Origin: Akkermansiaceae bacterium
GTDB taxonomy: Bacteria > Verrucomicrobiota > Verrucomicrobiia > Verrucomicrobiales > Akkermansiaceae
Length of the DNA stretch: 64,000 nt
Reading direction: 5' to 3'
Assembly (NCBI GenBank): GCA_026421245.1
Contig: JAPKDJ010000006.1
Location: 12,128-76,127, forward strand
The position numbers were made by a program, and so were the translations under genes. This document shows, one piece after another, positions 37,506-47,264 of the stretch. The notes under the pieces are model-generated. The model did not search any database, was not told the origin of the DNA, and saw nothing but the letters and a program-made list of their open reading frames with translations. Within the stretch, counting starts at the first letter, position 1; every line of letters starts with the position of its first letter.

Positions 37506-39215
37506 ATGCCCACTTTTGCTCCTTTCATTAGCGGTTGTCTCGCGATCCTCATTCTGAGTGGCTGCAGCACGGGGTTTTACAAAAATCAGGCAGACAAGGA
37601 TGTTTACGCCATCCTGAAGAAAGTTGAAAATGACATCTTTGGACATTCCTCCGACTTCTCCATCGACACCCCCGCCTCTGGGAAAGAGACCAAAGACTTC
37701 ACTTCCGCCAAGGTTCTGAAATCCCGCAACAAGGGCGGAAAAATTACCCTCTCGCTCGACCAGGCCATTGCCTACGCCATCAAGAACAGCCGGGAGTATC
37801 AATCGGAAAAGGAACAGCTCTACCTCACCGCCCTTACCCTGACGGGGGAGCGACACAATTTCCGCCCCAACTTCTTCGGACGCACCCGGGCCGACTCCAA
37901 CCGCCTGAGCAATGGCGAACGCACCGGCACCGCCTCCACAGACCTCGGAATCAATCAGGCCCTCCTCACGGGTGGAAGCCTCGGCATCAGCATCGCCAAT
38001 GACCTCCTGAAATATTTCACCGGAGATCCCCGCCGCTCCGCCGCTTCCGCTCTTAGACTAAACGTGACCCAACCTCTCCTCCGGGGAATTGGCAGCAAAA
38101 TCGCCGCCGAACGACTCACTCAAGCAAACCGAAACGTCGTCTACGCCGTCCGGGACTTTAGCCATTTCCAAAATACCTTCTCGGTCGAAATCGTCAGCGA
38201 CTACTTCGACCTCCTTCAAATGAAGAACGTCATCTTTAACGAATACAACAACTACGAATCCCGCAAAGCCAACAAGGAATACCTCACCGCCCGCGTGGAC
38301 CGGGAATCACCCGAAGCCCAAGGCGACGCCGAGCAAGATGCACTCCAGGCCAAAAACCGCTACATCAGTTCCATCACGAGCTATCGAAACGCGCTCGATC
38401 GATTCAAGATCACCCTCGGCCTTCCACAGATCACCGACCTACGACTCGACGACAAAGAGATCGACCTCGTCCGCGCCGCGGGAGCCAAGACACTTTACCT
38501 CGGAAGCCCGGAGGGCTTCCGAATCGCTCTCGACCACCGCCTTCCCCTCTTCAACCAGATCGACCGTTTCGAGGACAACAAGCGGCAGGTCACCATCGCC
38601 GCCAACCAGCTCAAGGCCGACCTCAACATCATCGGCAGCGGTTCCCTGAACAGTGACGGCAAACCCACCGACTACGCGAACTTCGACTTTAGAAACGTCC
38701 GCACGTCCGTCGGCCTCCAACTCAATCTCCCCCTCGACCGGCTACGCGAGCGCAACGACTACCGTGCCACCCTCATCAACTTCGAATCTGCCACCCGCAC
38801 TCTCGGACAAAACTTTGACGAACTCCGCAACCTCCTCGACCGACGCATCCGTGAGCTCGAGCAATTCCGACAGTCCTACCAAATCCAGCAAAACGCCGTC
38901 GTCCTTGCCGAAAAGCGGGTCGAAGGCAACCAACTTCGGCTCAAGGCCGGCACCGTCATTTTCCGCCGACTGAGCGAATCACAGGACGCCCTCATCTCTG
39001 CTCAAAATGCCGAAACCCGGGCTCTCGTCGATTACCTCGGAGCGCGCCTCAATCTCCTCATTGATCTCGGCATCCTTCAATCCGACCAAAAGCGATACTG
39101 GCTCAAGGAGAACCCATCCAACATCAAGTTCGAGAAAGTTCCCCCTTCCCTTGAAAAAAACCTCCCTCTTGAAGTGGGCGACACTGTCATTTCACCCAGC
39201 CGACTATTCCAATGA
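37506..39215 (+). CDS. TolC-family outer-membrane efflux protein (lipoprotein signal)
   Basis: Lipobox ILSGC. Two OEP repeats (LSLDQAIAYAIKNSREYQSEKEQL...; ...ALDRFKITLGLP...). Overlaps the next gene by ATGA. Confidence 0.85.
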   Translation: MPTFAPFISGCLAILILSGCSTGFYKNQADKDVYAILKKVENDIFGHSSDFSIDTPASGKETKDFTSAKVLKSRNKGGKITLSLDQAIAYAIKNSREYQSEKEQLYLTALTLTGERHNFRPNFFGRTRADSNRLSNGERTGTASTDLGINQALLTGGSLGISIANDLLKYFTGDPRRSAASALRLNVTQPLLRGIGSKIAAERLTQANRNVVYAVRDFSHFQNTFSVEIVSDYFDLLQMKNVIFNEYNNYESRKANKEYLTARVDRESPEAQGDAEQDALQAKNRYISSITSYRNALDRFKITLGLPQITDLRLDDKEIDLVRAAGAKTLYLGSPEGFRIALDHRLPLFNQIDRFEDNKRQVTIAANQLKADLNIIGSGSLNSDGKPTDYANFDFRNVRTSVGLQLNLPLDRLRERNDYRATLINFESATRTLGQNFDELRNLLDRRIRELEQFRQSYQIQQNAVVLAEKRVEGNQLRLKAGTVIFRRLSESQDALISAQNAETRALVDYLGARLNLLIDLGILQSDQKRYWLKENPSNIKFEKVPPSLEKNLPLEVGDTVISPSRLFQ

Positions 39216-40696
39216 AAGCTCTCCTTCAGAAACGAATTCTCATCCCCATCGCCGCAGGCATCCTGATCATTGTCCTAATCGTCGGTGGCGGTAGCGGTGA
39301 TGCGGGCAACACCCTCAATCATACCGTGAAGCGAGGCGACTTTGTGATCTCCATTGTCGAAGGAGGAACACTTGAAGCCGTCAACGAAGTCGTCGTCAAA
39401 AACACCATCGACGGAGATTCAAGAATCATCTGGCTCATTGCCGAAGGAACTTATGTCAAAAAGGACGAACTCCTCGTTGAGTTCGATACCGGAGAAGCCG
39501 AAAAAAATGTCGAAGAGCAACGAGTCGAATTCGAGTCACGCCAGGCCGCTCTCGTGAAGGCCGAGAACGACCTCATCATCACCAAGAGCACATCCGAAAG
39601 TGACATCAGTGAAGCCAAGCTAGCCGTCGAGTTTGCCACCATGGACCTAGAAAAGTTCGAGCAACTCGAACGGCTTCACAAGGTCCGTGAAGCCGAGCTC
39701 AAAATCGACACCGCCGAGGAAGCACTCAAGCTCGCCCAACAACGATACGAGTGGTCGATCAAACTCTCCGACAAAGGATACGAAACCAAAACCCAGGTCG
39801 ATCGTGACAAGCTGGACGTCAGCCTTAAGTCGAAGGAATTCGAAACTGCCAAAAGCACCCACGAAATGCTCAAGACTTTTGACCTTCAAAAGGAATACGC
39901 TGAATTCATTTCCAATAAAAAGGAAGCGATCGCAAAACTCGACCGCGTCAAAAAACAAGGTGAGAGCAAAATCGCCCAGGACGAAGCCGCCGTTAATTCC
40001 GCCAAGATCACCCTCAAACTCACCGAGAACAGTCTTGCCAAGCGCATTGAGCAACTCAAGGCCACGAAGGTAAGAGCCCCGCAGGAGGGTCTCGTCATTT
40101 ATGCCAAACCCCGCAGCCGCTGGGGCGATGACGTGCAAATCGCCGAGGGCTCGACCGTCCGCAACCGCGCAACCCTCATCTCCATCCCCGATGTCACCTC
40201 GATGAAGGTTTCCGTCAAGATTCACGAGTCCATGATCAGCCAGATCAAGAAGGGCCAAAAAGCCTACATCGTTCTGGATTCACTCCCCGACAAACGCTTC
40301 GACGGCGAAGTCACCAAGGTCGCCATCCTGCCCGACAGTGACCGAAACTGGGCCAATCCCGACCTTAAGGTTTACGCCACCGAGATCACCATCGCGGAAA
40401 CGATCGAGGGCATAAAACCCGGCGTCTCCGCCAAGGTGGAAATCGTGATCGAGGAACTCACTGATGTCCTCACCGTCCCTATCCAGGCGGTCACCACGGC
40501 CGATGGAAAACAGCTTTGCTACCGCAGCAACGGAGGAGAACTTAAGCCGCTCCCGGTCGAAGTCGGTAAGTTCAACACGAAATACATCGAGATCAAATCC
40601 GGCCTCGAAGAAGGTCAGGAAATCATCCTCAACCCGCCCCTCGACAACCGGATCAACCTCACCGGCGAGACCACCGAAGACGAATCCTCGGAGTAA
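39212..40696 (+). CDS. Efflux periplasmic adaptor (HlyD/MacA-type membrane fusion protein)
   Basis: N-terminal TM, barrel-sandwich and long coiled-coil hairpin, VRAPQEGLVIY lipoyl-like motif, C-terminal beta-barrel. Confidence 0.85.
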   Translation: MKALLQKRILIPIAAGILIIVLIVGGGSGDAGNTLNHTVKRGDFVISIVEGGTLEAVNEVVVKNTIDGDSRIIWLIAEGTYVKKDELLVEFDTGEAEKNVEEQRVEFESRQAALVKAENDLIITKSTSESDISEAKLAVEFATMDLEKFEQLERLHKVREAELKIDTAEEALKLAQQRYEWSIKLSDKGYETKTQVDRDKLDVSLKSKEFETAKSTHEMLKTFDLQKEYAEFISNKKEAIAKLDRVKKQGESKIAQDEAAVNSAKITLKLTENSLAKRIEQLKATKVRAPQEGLVIYAKPRSRWGDDVQIAEGSTVRNRATLISIPDVTSMKVSVKIHESMISQIKKGQKAYIVLDSLPDKRFDGEVTKVAILPDSDRNWANPDLKVYATEITIAETIEGIKPGVSAKVEIVIEELTDVLTVPIQAVTTADGKQLCYRSNGGELKPLPVEVGKFNTKYIEIKSGLEEGQEIILNPPLDNRINLTGETTEDESSE

Positions 40697-40701
40697 CACC
40701 C

Positions 40702-41427
40702 ATGTCCGACTCAGCCCCAGCGACCGAGGCCACCGAAGTCATTCGCATCCGGAACGTCGAAAAGATTTTTCAAGTCGGCGAGGTAAAGGTCCACGCACTT
40801 CGCGGCATCGACCTCACCATTCACAAAGGCGAATTCGTCGCCATCATGGGACCATCGGGTTCAGGGAAATCAACCCTCCTTAATATCCTCGGCTGCCTCG
40901 ACCGTCCCACCACCGGGGAGTATTTCCTCGGCGAAGAAGATGTCGCACAAATGGATGACGACACCCTTTCCGCGATCCGGGGAAAGCGACTCGGCTTCAT
41001 TTTCCAGTCCTACAATCTCATCGCCCAACTCACCGTTCTCGAAAACATCCAGGTCCCCCTCATCTACCAACAGGAGGATCTCGAGGAACACAAGGAACGC
41101 TGCATCGAACTCGGAAATCTCGTCGGCCTCAACGATCGCCTCGACCATCGGCCCAACCAACTCTCCGGCGGACAACAACAACGCGTTGCCATCGCCCGCT
41201 CGCTCGTCAACGAGCCGCTCATGATTCTTGCTGACGAACCCACCGGCAACCTCGATTCAAAAACGGAAATCGAAGTCCTCGACATCATCAACGACCTCAA
41301 CAAACAAGGCCGAACCATCGTCCTCGTTACGCACGATGACATCGTTTCCCGCCACGCCCACCGTGTCATCCATATGACGGACGGACGCATCGACCACGAA
41401 GTCATCAACCCTGAAAGCAAGGCATGA
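40702..41427 (+). CDS. ABC transporter ATP-binding protein (MacB/LolD-type)
   Basis: Walker [10 protein letters not shown], signature [15 protein letters not shown], Walker [13 protein letters not shown]-loop VTHD. Confidence 0.95.
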   Translation: MSDSAPATEATEVIRIRNVEKIFQVGEVKVHALRGIDLTIHKGEFVAIMGPSGSGKSTLLNILGCLDRPTTGEYFLGEEDVAQMDDDTLSAIRGKRLGFIFQSYNLIAQLTVLENIQVPLIYQQEDLEEHKERCIELGNLVGLNDRLDHRPNQLSGGQQQRVAIARSLVNEPLMILADEPTGNLDSKTEIEVLDIINDLNKQGRTIVLVTHDDIVSRHAHRVIHMTDGRIDHEVINPESKA

Positions 41428-42710
41428 TTTCGTCCCACTTTCTCAACACCGTCCAGCTCGGCATCAAAAGCCTCCTGCTGCACAAGCTCCGCTCGGGACT
41501 CACCATGCTGGGCATCATCTTCGGCGTCTGCTCGGTCATCGCCATGCTCGCGATTGGCGAAGGTGCCTCCTACGAAGCCCAGGAACGAATCAAACGACTC
41601 GGCAGCGAAAACATCATCGTCAACAGTATCAAGCCGCCCGAGGACAACCAACAAAACTCCAGCGGTCGCTCGTTTTCGGTCGAATACGGAATCACTTACA
41701 AGGATGTCACCCGCATTCAAGATACCATCCCCGGCGTCGAACGCGTCGTTCCCATGCGAATCATCCGCGAAAATATTCGCTTCGACCGCAGTCAGGAATC
41801 CGGACAAGTCATCGGCACCCTTCCTTCCTATTCCCTCGTGCAAAATGTCGATCTCGTCGCCGGCCGTTTTCTCACCCCGACCGATGAACGATTTCAACGC
41901 AACGTCTGCGTCATCACCGAGGACCTCGTCCGCAAACTCTTCCCCTATCAGGACCCGCTCAAATCCGCCGTCCGGGTCAAGGAAAGCTACTACGATGTCG
42001 TCGGCGTCGTCGATGAAACCGGCACCTCCGAACAACGCCCCCAAATGGGCGACAGCCAGGGCGAAGCCGTCGACAACAACATCTACATTCCCCTCTCCAC
42101 CGCCCGGTCCCGCTTCGGTGAAATGCTCGTCAAGCGGAGCTCCGGCAGCATGAGCGCGGAGCGTGTTGAACTCCACCGCCTCATCATCAGGATGGCCGAT
42201 CCCAACGCCGTCATTTCCGGCGAGCAACAGATCCAGCACCTCTTGAACCATTTCCACAACAAGAAGGACTTCGAACTCATCGTCCCCCTCCAGCTCCTCC
42301 GCGAGGCCGAAGCGACCAAGCGCATGTTCAACATCGTCCTCGGCTCCATCGCCGCCATCTCCCTTCTCGTGGGCGGCATCGGAATCATGAATATCATGCT
42401 GGCCACTGTCACTGAACGAACCCGCGAGATCGGCGTCCGCCGCGCCCTCGGCGCCAAGCGCAAGGACATCATCGTTCAGTTCCTCATCGAAACCATCGTC
42501 CTCTCCATCGGCGGCGGAATCATCGGAATTCTCCTCGGAATTCTCGTCCCCGTCTGTGTCTCCTACTTCACCGAAATGAAGACTATCATCACCGCCTGGT
42601 CCGTCTTCCTCGCCTTCGGCATTTCAGGCCTCACCGGCATCATCTTCGGAATCTACCCCGCCTCCCAAGCCGCCAAACTCGACCCGATCGACGCCCTCCG
42701 CCAGGAGTAA
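41424..42710 (+). CDS. ABC transporter permease (MacB periplasmic domain + FtsX-like)
   Basis: N-terminal TM, large periplasmic domain, FtsX region [21 protein letters not shown]...[21 protein letters not shown] overlap with the ATPase gene. Confidence 0.9.
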   Translation: MISSHFLNTVQLGIKSLLLHKLRSGLTMLGIIFGVCSVIAMLAIGEGASYEAQERIKRLGSENIIVNSIKPPEDNQQNSSGRSFSVEYGITYKDVTRIQDTIPGVERVVPMRIIRENIRFDRSQESGQVIGTLPSYSLVQNVDLVAGRFLTPTDERFQRNVCVITEDLVRKLFPYQDPLKSAVRVKESYYDVVGVVDETGTSEQRPQMGDSQGEAVDNNIYIPLSTARSRFGEMLVKRSSGSMSAERVELHRLIIRMADPNAVISGEQQIQHLLNHFHNKKDFELIVPLQLLREAEATKRMFNIVLGSIAAISLLVGGIGIMNIMLATVTERTREIGVRRALGAKRKDIIVQFLIETIVLSIGGGIIGILLGILVPVCVSYFTEMKTIITAWSVFLAFGISGLTGIIFGIYPASQAAKLDPIDALRQE

Positions 42711-43289
42711 AGCGATGGCCGGGCAAAACGCCTCCGTTTTGGGAAAAACCATCTCCCTCTTTTGAAGCTCGGAGTGGGATAAGAAAACGGGACTCTTCCG
42801 CTCTCGCCAACCCAACTCGCCATTCGTTTCTTCTGTTTCAGGAAATGGTATGAAAAGGCCGGTATCCTAATCGCGCTCTATAGGAATTCCTCAACCATCC
42901 AACCTCGCCCATTCCAGTATCTCCACTGTCATACGTCAGAGGCCAAACCCCGCGCCATCAGCCTTTTCCTAAATAAAAGAAGCCAGCCCATTCGCATCCC
43001 GAAGGGATTCGAATTCGATGTCCAATTGTCTGTCATCACGCAATCCTCCGCCGGCGTTAGCCCGAAAGTTTCTCGGCCCAATCATAAGAAAACCCGCAGA
43101 GAGCTAATTGATGAAAGCCCCCACTGGACGATGATTTCGAGTTCTTCGATGTGACGAATTTCCCTGTTCCTCTTGATGACATCGACCTGCCCGAGCACGA
43201 CTATTATCGAATGATACCATTCTGAATTGGCGGGAGACAACGCACAATGTGAAGCGATGGAAGGAGAAAAATCCAGCGTCGAGCACCAT

Positions 43290-43338
43290 CGTCCCATTAA
43301 AAGGGCTAAGTGATCCACTTAGCCCTTTTAATGGGACG
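43290..43338. repeat. Perfect palindrome: 23-bp arms, 3-nt spacer
   Basis: CGTCCCATTAAAAGGGCTAAGTG (43290-43312), ATC, CACTTAGCCCTTTTAATGGGACG (43316-43338). The arms are exact reverse complements and no T-tract follows on either strand. Confidence 0.95.
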
Positions 43339-43426
43339 TATCGCAAGGCGCAAAATGCCTTGAAATCTCATTAAGAGAAAAACATTCCACCGATAGAACC
43401 TTCAAGCTGGATCGGTAGTCTTCGTA

Positions 43427-45370
43427 ATGGTGTTTCACCGGATTATTGGCTACTTGGGAATAACGATAGGTTCCCTCTTGGGTGCCGAAGATTACTGGGC
43501 CTTTGCTTCGGTGCTAAATCCGGCTCCGCCCGCTATCCAAAACGTCAAATGGGCGCGTGAAGAGCTGGATCGCTTCATCTTGGCCGGCATCGAAAGAGCA
43601 GACTATCACCCGACCCAAACCGCAGCAAAACGAACCTTGGTAAGACGAGCATATCTCGATCTCCACGGTCTCCCTCCCTCAATTGAGCAAATCGCGGACT
43701 TCCTCGAGGATCACCACGACGATGCTTGGGCAAAACTTATCGACGAATTGCTGGCATCGCCCAGATATGGCGAGCGTTGGGGACGCCATTGGCTCGATGT
43801 CGCCCGCTATGCCGATACCAACGGCATGGATGAAGACATCGCGCATCCTTCCGCATGGCGCTATCGGGACTACGTCATCGCATCCTTCAATAAAGACAAG
43901 CCCTTCGATCAATTCATCGTCGAACAATTGGCCGGCGACCTCCTCCCCGCAAAAGATCTCACGGAAAAACGCGCCCGCACCGTAGGCCTGGGGTTCCTCT
44001 CCGTCGGCCCGAAGATGTTGGCTTGCGACGACCCCGACAAGATGCGGCGCGACATTGTCGACGAACAAATGGACACCACGGGAAGGGCCTTCCTCGGAAT
44101 GACCATTGGCTGCGCCCGCTGCCATGACCACAAGATCGACCCCATCTCAATCCAAGATTACTACGGACTGGCCGGAATCTTCATGTCCACCAAGACACTC
44201 ACCAAATACTCCGTGGTAGCCGAATTCCATGAACACGACCTCACCAAAGAAAGCGATAAAAAGAAGCACCAAGAAGTGCAACGTCTTGAGGCCGAGAGAA
44301 AGAAAAAAGAAACATCCAAAGATGAGAAGGAACGCCTTGGCAAGGAAATCACAACTCTCAAAAAGGACCTCCCCGCTCTCTTCAAAGTCATGGGCGTGAC
44401 CGAACGCCCCACACAAAATGTCAAAGTCCACCTGCGTGGTGACTACCTCACCTTGGGAGAAGAAGTTCCGCGCGGAGTGCCCTCCGCCTGGACGAATGGA
44501 AAGAAGATCACCATGCCAAAAAAGAAAAGCGGACGGCTTGAGTTGGCTCGCTGGATTGCCTCGTCAGAAAATCCACTGACCTCCCGTGTCATTGTGAATC
44601 GACTTTGGCGCTGGCATTTCGGACGAGGCATCGTCCCAACCCCAGATAATTTTGGCGGCTTGGGTGAACCACCCACACATCCAAAGCTCCTGGATCATCT
44701 CGCCACCAGATTCATGAAATCAGGTTGGTCGATCAAAGCGATGCATCGCCTGATAATGAACTCGACAACCTATCGCCAATCGGCTCAGGCTGACCTCTCT
44801 CTGTTGAAGTATGATCCGGAAAACAAACTCTTCGCCAGGTGGCAAAGGAGACGGGTCGAATCAGAAGTCATCCGCGATAGTATCCTCATGAAATCGAAAC
44901 GCCTCGACCCCACCATGGGAGGTTCGATGTTGGTCGTCAAAACTTCGAAGTATGCCGACCGCAGCCAACTAAAAGCGCACTCTTTGGCACCGAGGCGAAC
45001 AGTGTATCTTCCGGTTTATCGCAGCGCCGGATACGATGGTCAAAAGGCCTTCGATGCCGCCGACCCTGCCGTCCCCGATGGAAATCGCCGTACCTCCACC
45101 GTTGCCGGGCAAGCCCTCTACTTGATGAATAGCGAATTGATGCATGAGTCGTCACGTGCCCTCGCCAAGATCCTCACCTCATCCATCCCCAGCCAAAATT
45201 CACGTGACCGAACCTCCTGGTTGATCGAGCACCTCTTGGGCCGCGAGTCCACCGAAAAGGAACGTCTCCAAGGCGAAAAATTCGTGAACAACTACAGCGA
45301 CCAAAAGGAAGCTTGGGCCGCTTTCGCCAGGGTGTTATTTTCCAGTAACGAATTTTTATATGTCGAGTAA
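43427..45370 (+). CDS. DUF1549 (PSCyt2) / DUF1553 (PSD1) domain protein
   Basis: LDLHGLPPS...SPRYGERWGRHWLDVARYADTNG, CARCHDHKIDPISIQDYYGLAGIF, a Lys/Glu-rich coiled segment, and the C-terminal DUF1553-like region (RRTVYLPVYR...). This is a classic PVC-superphylum family. Confidence 0.9.
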   Translation: MVFHRIIGYLGITIGSLLGAEDYWAFASVLNPAPPAIQNVKWAREELDRFILAGIERADYHPTQTAAKRTLVRRAYLDLHGLPPSIEQIADFLEDHHDDAWAKLIDELLASPRYGERWGRHWLDVARYADTNGMDEDIAHPSAWRYRDYVIASFNKDKPFDQFIVEQLAGDLLPAKDLTEKRARTVGLGFLSVGPKMLACDDPDKMRRDIVDEQMDTTGRAFLGMTIGCARCHDHKIDPISIQDYYGLAGIFMSTKTLTKYSVVAEFHEHDLTKESDKKKHQEVQRLEAERKKKETSKDEKERLGKEITTLKKDLPALFKVMGVTERPTQNVKVHLRGDYLTLGEEVPRGVPSAWTNGKKITMPKKKSGRLELARWIASSENPLTSRVIVNRLWRWHFGRGIVPTPDNFGGLGEPPTHPKLLDHLATRFMKSGWSIKAMHRLIMNSTTYRQSAQADLSLLKYDPENKLFARWQRRRVESEVIRDSILMKSKRLDPTMGGSMLVVKTSKYADRSQLKAHSLAPRRTVYLPVYRSAGYDGQKAFDAADPAVPDGNRRTSTVAGQALYLMNSELMHESSRALAKILTSSIPSQNSRDRTSWLIEHLLGRESTEKERLQGEKFVNNYSDQKEAWAAFARVLFSSNEFLYVE

Positions 45371-45376
45371 ATCATC

Positions 45377-46765
45377 GTGAGCTTATGTGGTCATCGAGCG
45401 GGACTTCCGCTCTCCCGTCGGGACATGTTACAGCGATCCGGAACCGGATTTGGTGCTCTCGCACTGCAGGCCATGCTTGCTCGTGAGGCAGCAGGAAGTA
45501 GCAAAGCTCCCCCGCTCCCGGGCACCGCCAAACGGGTGATCTTTCTCTTCATGCATGGCGGACCATCGACGGTGGATTTGTTCGATCCAAAACCACTGCT
45601 CACTCGCGATAGCGGGAAACCCTTCCCTCTCAAAGCACCCCGCATCACCTCCCATAAATCCAAAAACCTTCTCCTGAAATCTCCCTGGTCCTGCCAGCCA
45701 CGCGGCGAAAGCGGAGCTCAGGTTTGCGACTTGCTTCCAAATATCGCCTCCATCGCAGACGACCTTTGCTTTGTAAGATCAATGAATTGTTCCAACTCCC
45801 GACACGGTGGCGCGCTTCTGGAATTGCACACCGGGTCGGACACCTTCACCCGCCCATCGATGGGATCATGGATCAACTACGGCCTTGGCAGCGAAAACGA
45901 AAACCTTCCTGGCTTCATCACCATCAACCCCAGCGGTAGTCACGGCGGAGCAGGAGCCTGGTCCTCGGCTTTTCTGCCCGCCAAATACAGCGGCACCCGC
46001 ATCGGCGGAAAATCCGGAGAGATGAAAGTCCCCTTCATCGACAACCCGCTTCACGATCGCGGGAAGCAGCGCAAGGAACTGGATCTCCTAGCCTCGTTCA
46101 ATCGTGACCACCTTGCCCAGCGGGGCGCAGACAGCGAGCTGGAATCACGGATCGCCTCTTACGAACTCGCTTTTAAAATGCAAATGGAAGTTCCCGGCGT
46201 GCAGGATATTTCCAGTGAACCGGCTCACATCAAAAAACTCTACGGCGCCGATATCGACCCCACGAAATCTTTCGGTGAGCAATGTCTCATGGCGCGACGC
46301 TTTAGCGAAGCCGGCGTGCGCTTTGTGCAAGTCACGCATCGTTACTGGGATTCCCATGGCAACCTGAAGAAGGAGCATGAAAAGCTCAGTGCAGAAATGG
46401 ACAAGCCAGTCGCCGGGCTCGTCTCTGATTTAAAACAACGCGGACTTCTCGATGAAACCCTCGTGCTCTGGGGAGGCGAATTTGGCCGCACCCCCACCGC
46501 GCAGGGGAACGACGGCCGGGATCATAATCCCCACGGCTTCACCATGTTCATGGCGGGAGGCGGCATCAAACCAGGAACCGTTTACGGATCAACCGACGAC
46601 TACGGATACTATGCCAAAGACAAACCGGTCCACTTCCATGACCTCCACGCCACCATCCTCCATCTCATGGGCATTGATCACGAAGAATTCACCTACCGCT
46701 ACGCCGGTCGAAATTTCCGGCTCACTGATGTTGCTGGCAAAGTCGTAAACGGGATCATCGCCTAA
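45377..46765 (+). CDS. DUF1501 domain protein (sulfatase/alkaline-phosphatase-like fold, Tat-type signal)
   Basis: GTG start. SRRDMLQRSGTGFGALAL twin-arginine-like leader, FMHGGPSTVDLFDPKP, GRDHNPHGFTMFMAGGG. It is the usual partner gene of DUF1549/DUF1553 proteins. Confidence 0.9.
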   Translation: MSLCGHRAGLPLSRRDMLQRSGTGFGALALQAMLAREAAGSSKAPPLPGTAKRVIFLFMHGGPSTVDLFDPKPLLTRDSGKPFPLKAPRITSHKSKNLLLKSPWSCQPRGESGAQVCDLLPNIASIADDLCFVRSMNCSNSRHGGALLELHTGSDTFTRPSMGSWINYGLGSENENLPGFITINPSGSHGGAGAWSSAFLPAKYSGTRIGGKSGEMKVPFIDNPLHDRGKQRKELDLLASFNRDHLAQRGADSELESRIASYELAFKMQMEVPGVQDISSEPAHIKKLYGADIDPTKSFGEQCLMARRFSEAGVRFVQVTHRYWDSHGNLKKEHEKLSAEMDKPVAGLVSDLKQRGLLDETLVLWGGEFGRTPTAQGNDGRDHNPHGFTMFMAGGGIKPGTVYGSTDDYGYYAKDKPVHFHDLHATILHLMGIDHEEFTYRYAGRNFRLTDVAGKVVNGIIA

Positions 46766-46869
46766 AAAACTCTGTCTCCCGGGCATAACAATCCGCCAAA
46801 TCCTACCCTAAACTACACCTGGCAAAGCTGAATTCCAGAGCCCCGGCGTCAGTCATCTTACGGAGCCCT

Positions 46870-47204
46870 CAAAAGGTCAGGTCGGCATTCACCGATTGAT
46901 TGAAGAAATCGATGCCCCCTTGAAGGGTCGAGACCTCTACGGGTCCACCTCCACCTTAAAAGGAGCAGATTGGAAGTTGCCGCAGTGAAGCCATCGCTGT
47001 TGCCGGCTTACAAATACAGCCGAGTATGCAGCTTCCTTTCCCCTTTCCGGGTCGATCCCTTGCCGTCGTGGAAAGGCAGGCAGATCCAATCAGAAAGCGA
47101 GCCTCCCCATGCTTCGAATGATTGGCATTATTTTGAAACCTGATCCATGGTCCATTGTCAGAAGTGACAACCAAAAGGGTGTTTTCAGTAATTCCTCTGA
47201 GCAC
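46870..47204 (-). pseudogene. Relic of a sulfatase gene (C-terminal part only, frame-broken)
   Basis: The minus-strand ORF 46956..47204 reads LRGITENTLLVVTSDNGPW (sulfatase NT..V.TSDNGP motif) and has a stop immediately upstream. The expected next motif (G.KG.t.EGG) appears only in a shifted frame (GGSLSDWICLPFHDGKGSTRKGE). Further weak similarity continues in other frames toward about 46870. The N-terminal catalytic part is missing. Confidence 0.5.
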
Positions 47205-47264
47205 CTAAATCCTCGTCTTCTTTTGGAATCGTCATTCTCTCCGAAATCTTCAAACATCATCCGC

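Noticed and set aside
43082-43346. Two overlapping minus-strand ORFs (78 and 80 aa) in the structured spacer.
   Set aside because: One reads straight through the perfect palindrome, and neither has motifs or plausible composition. They are most likely chance ORFs in AT-richer DNA.
46874-46885. AGGTCAGGTCGG, which resembles the start of the conserved SRP (4.5S) RNA domain IV motif.
   Set aside because: The essential GGAAGGAAGCAGC-type continuation and the symmetric-loop partner strand are absent. The region is better explained as sulfatase-relic sequence.
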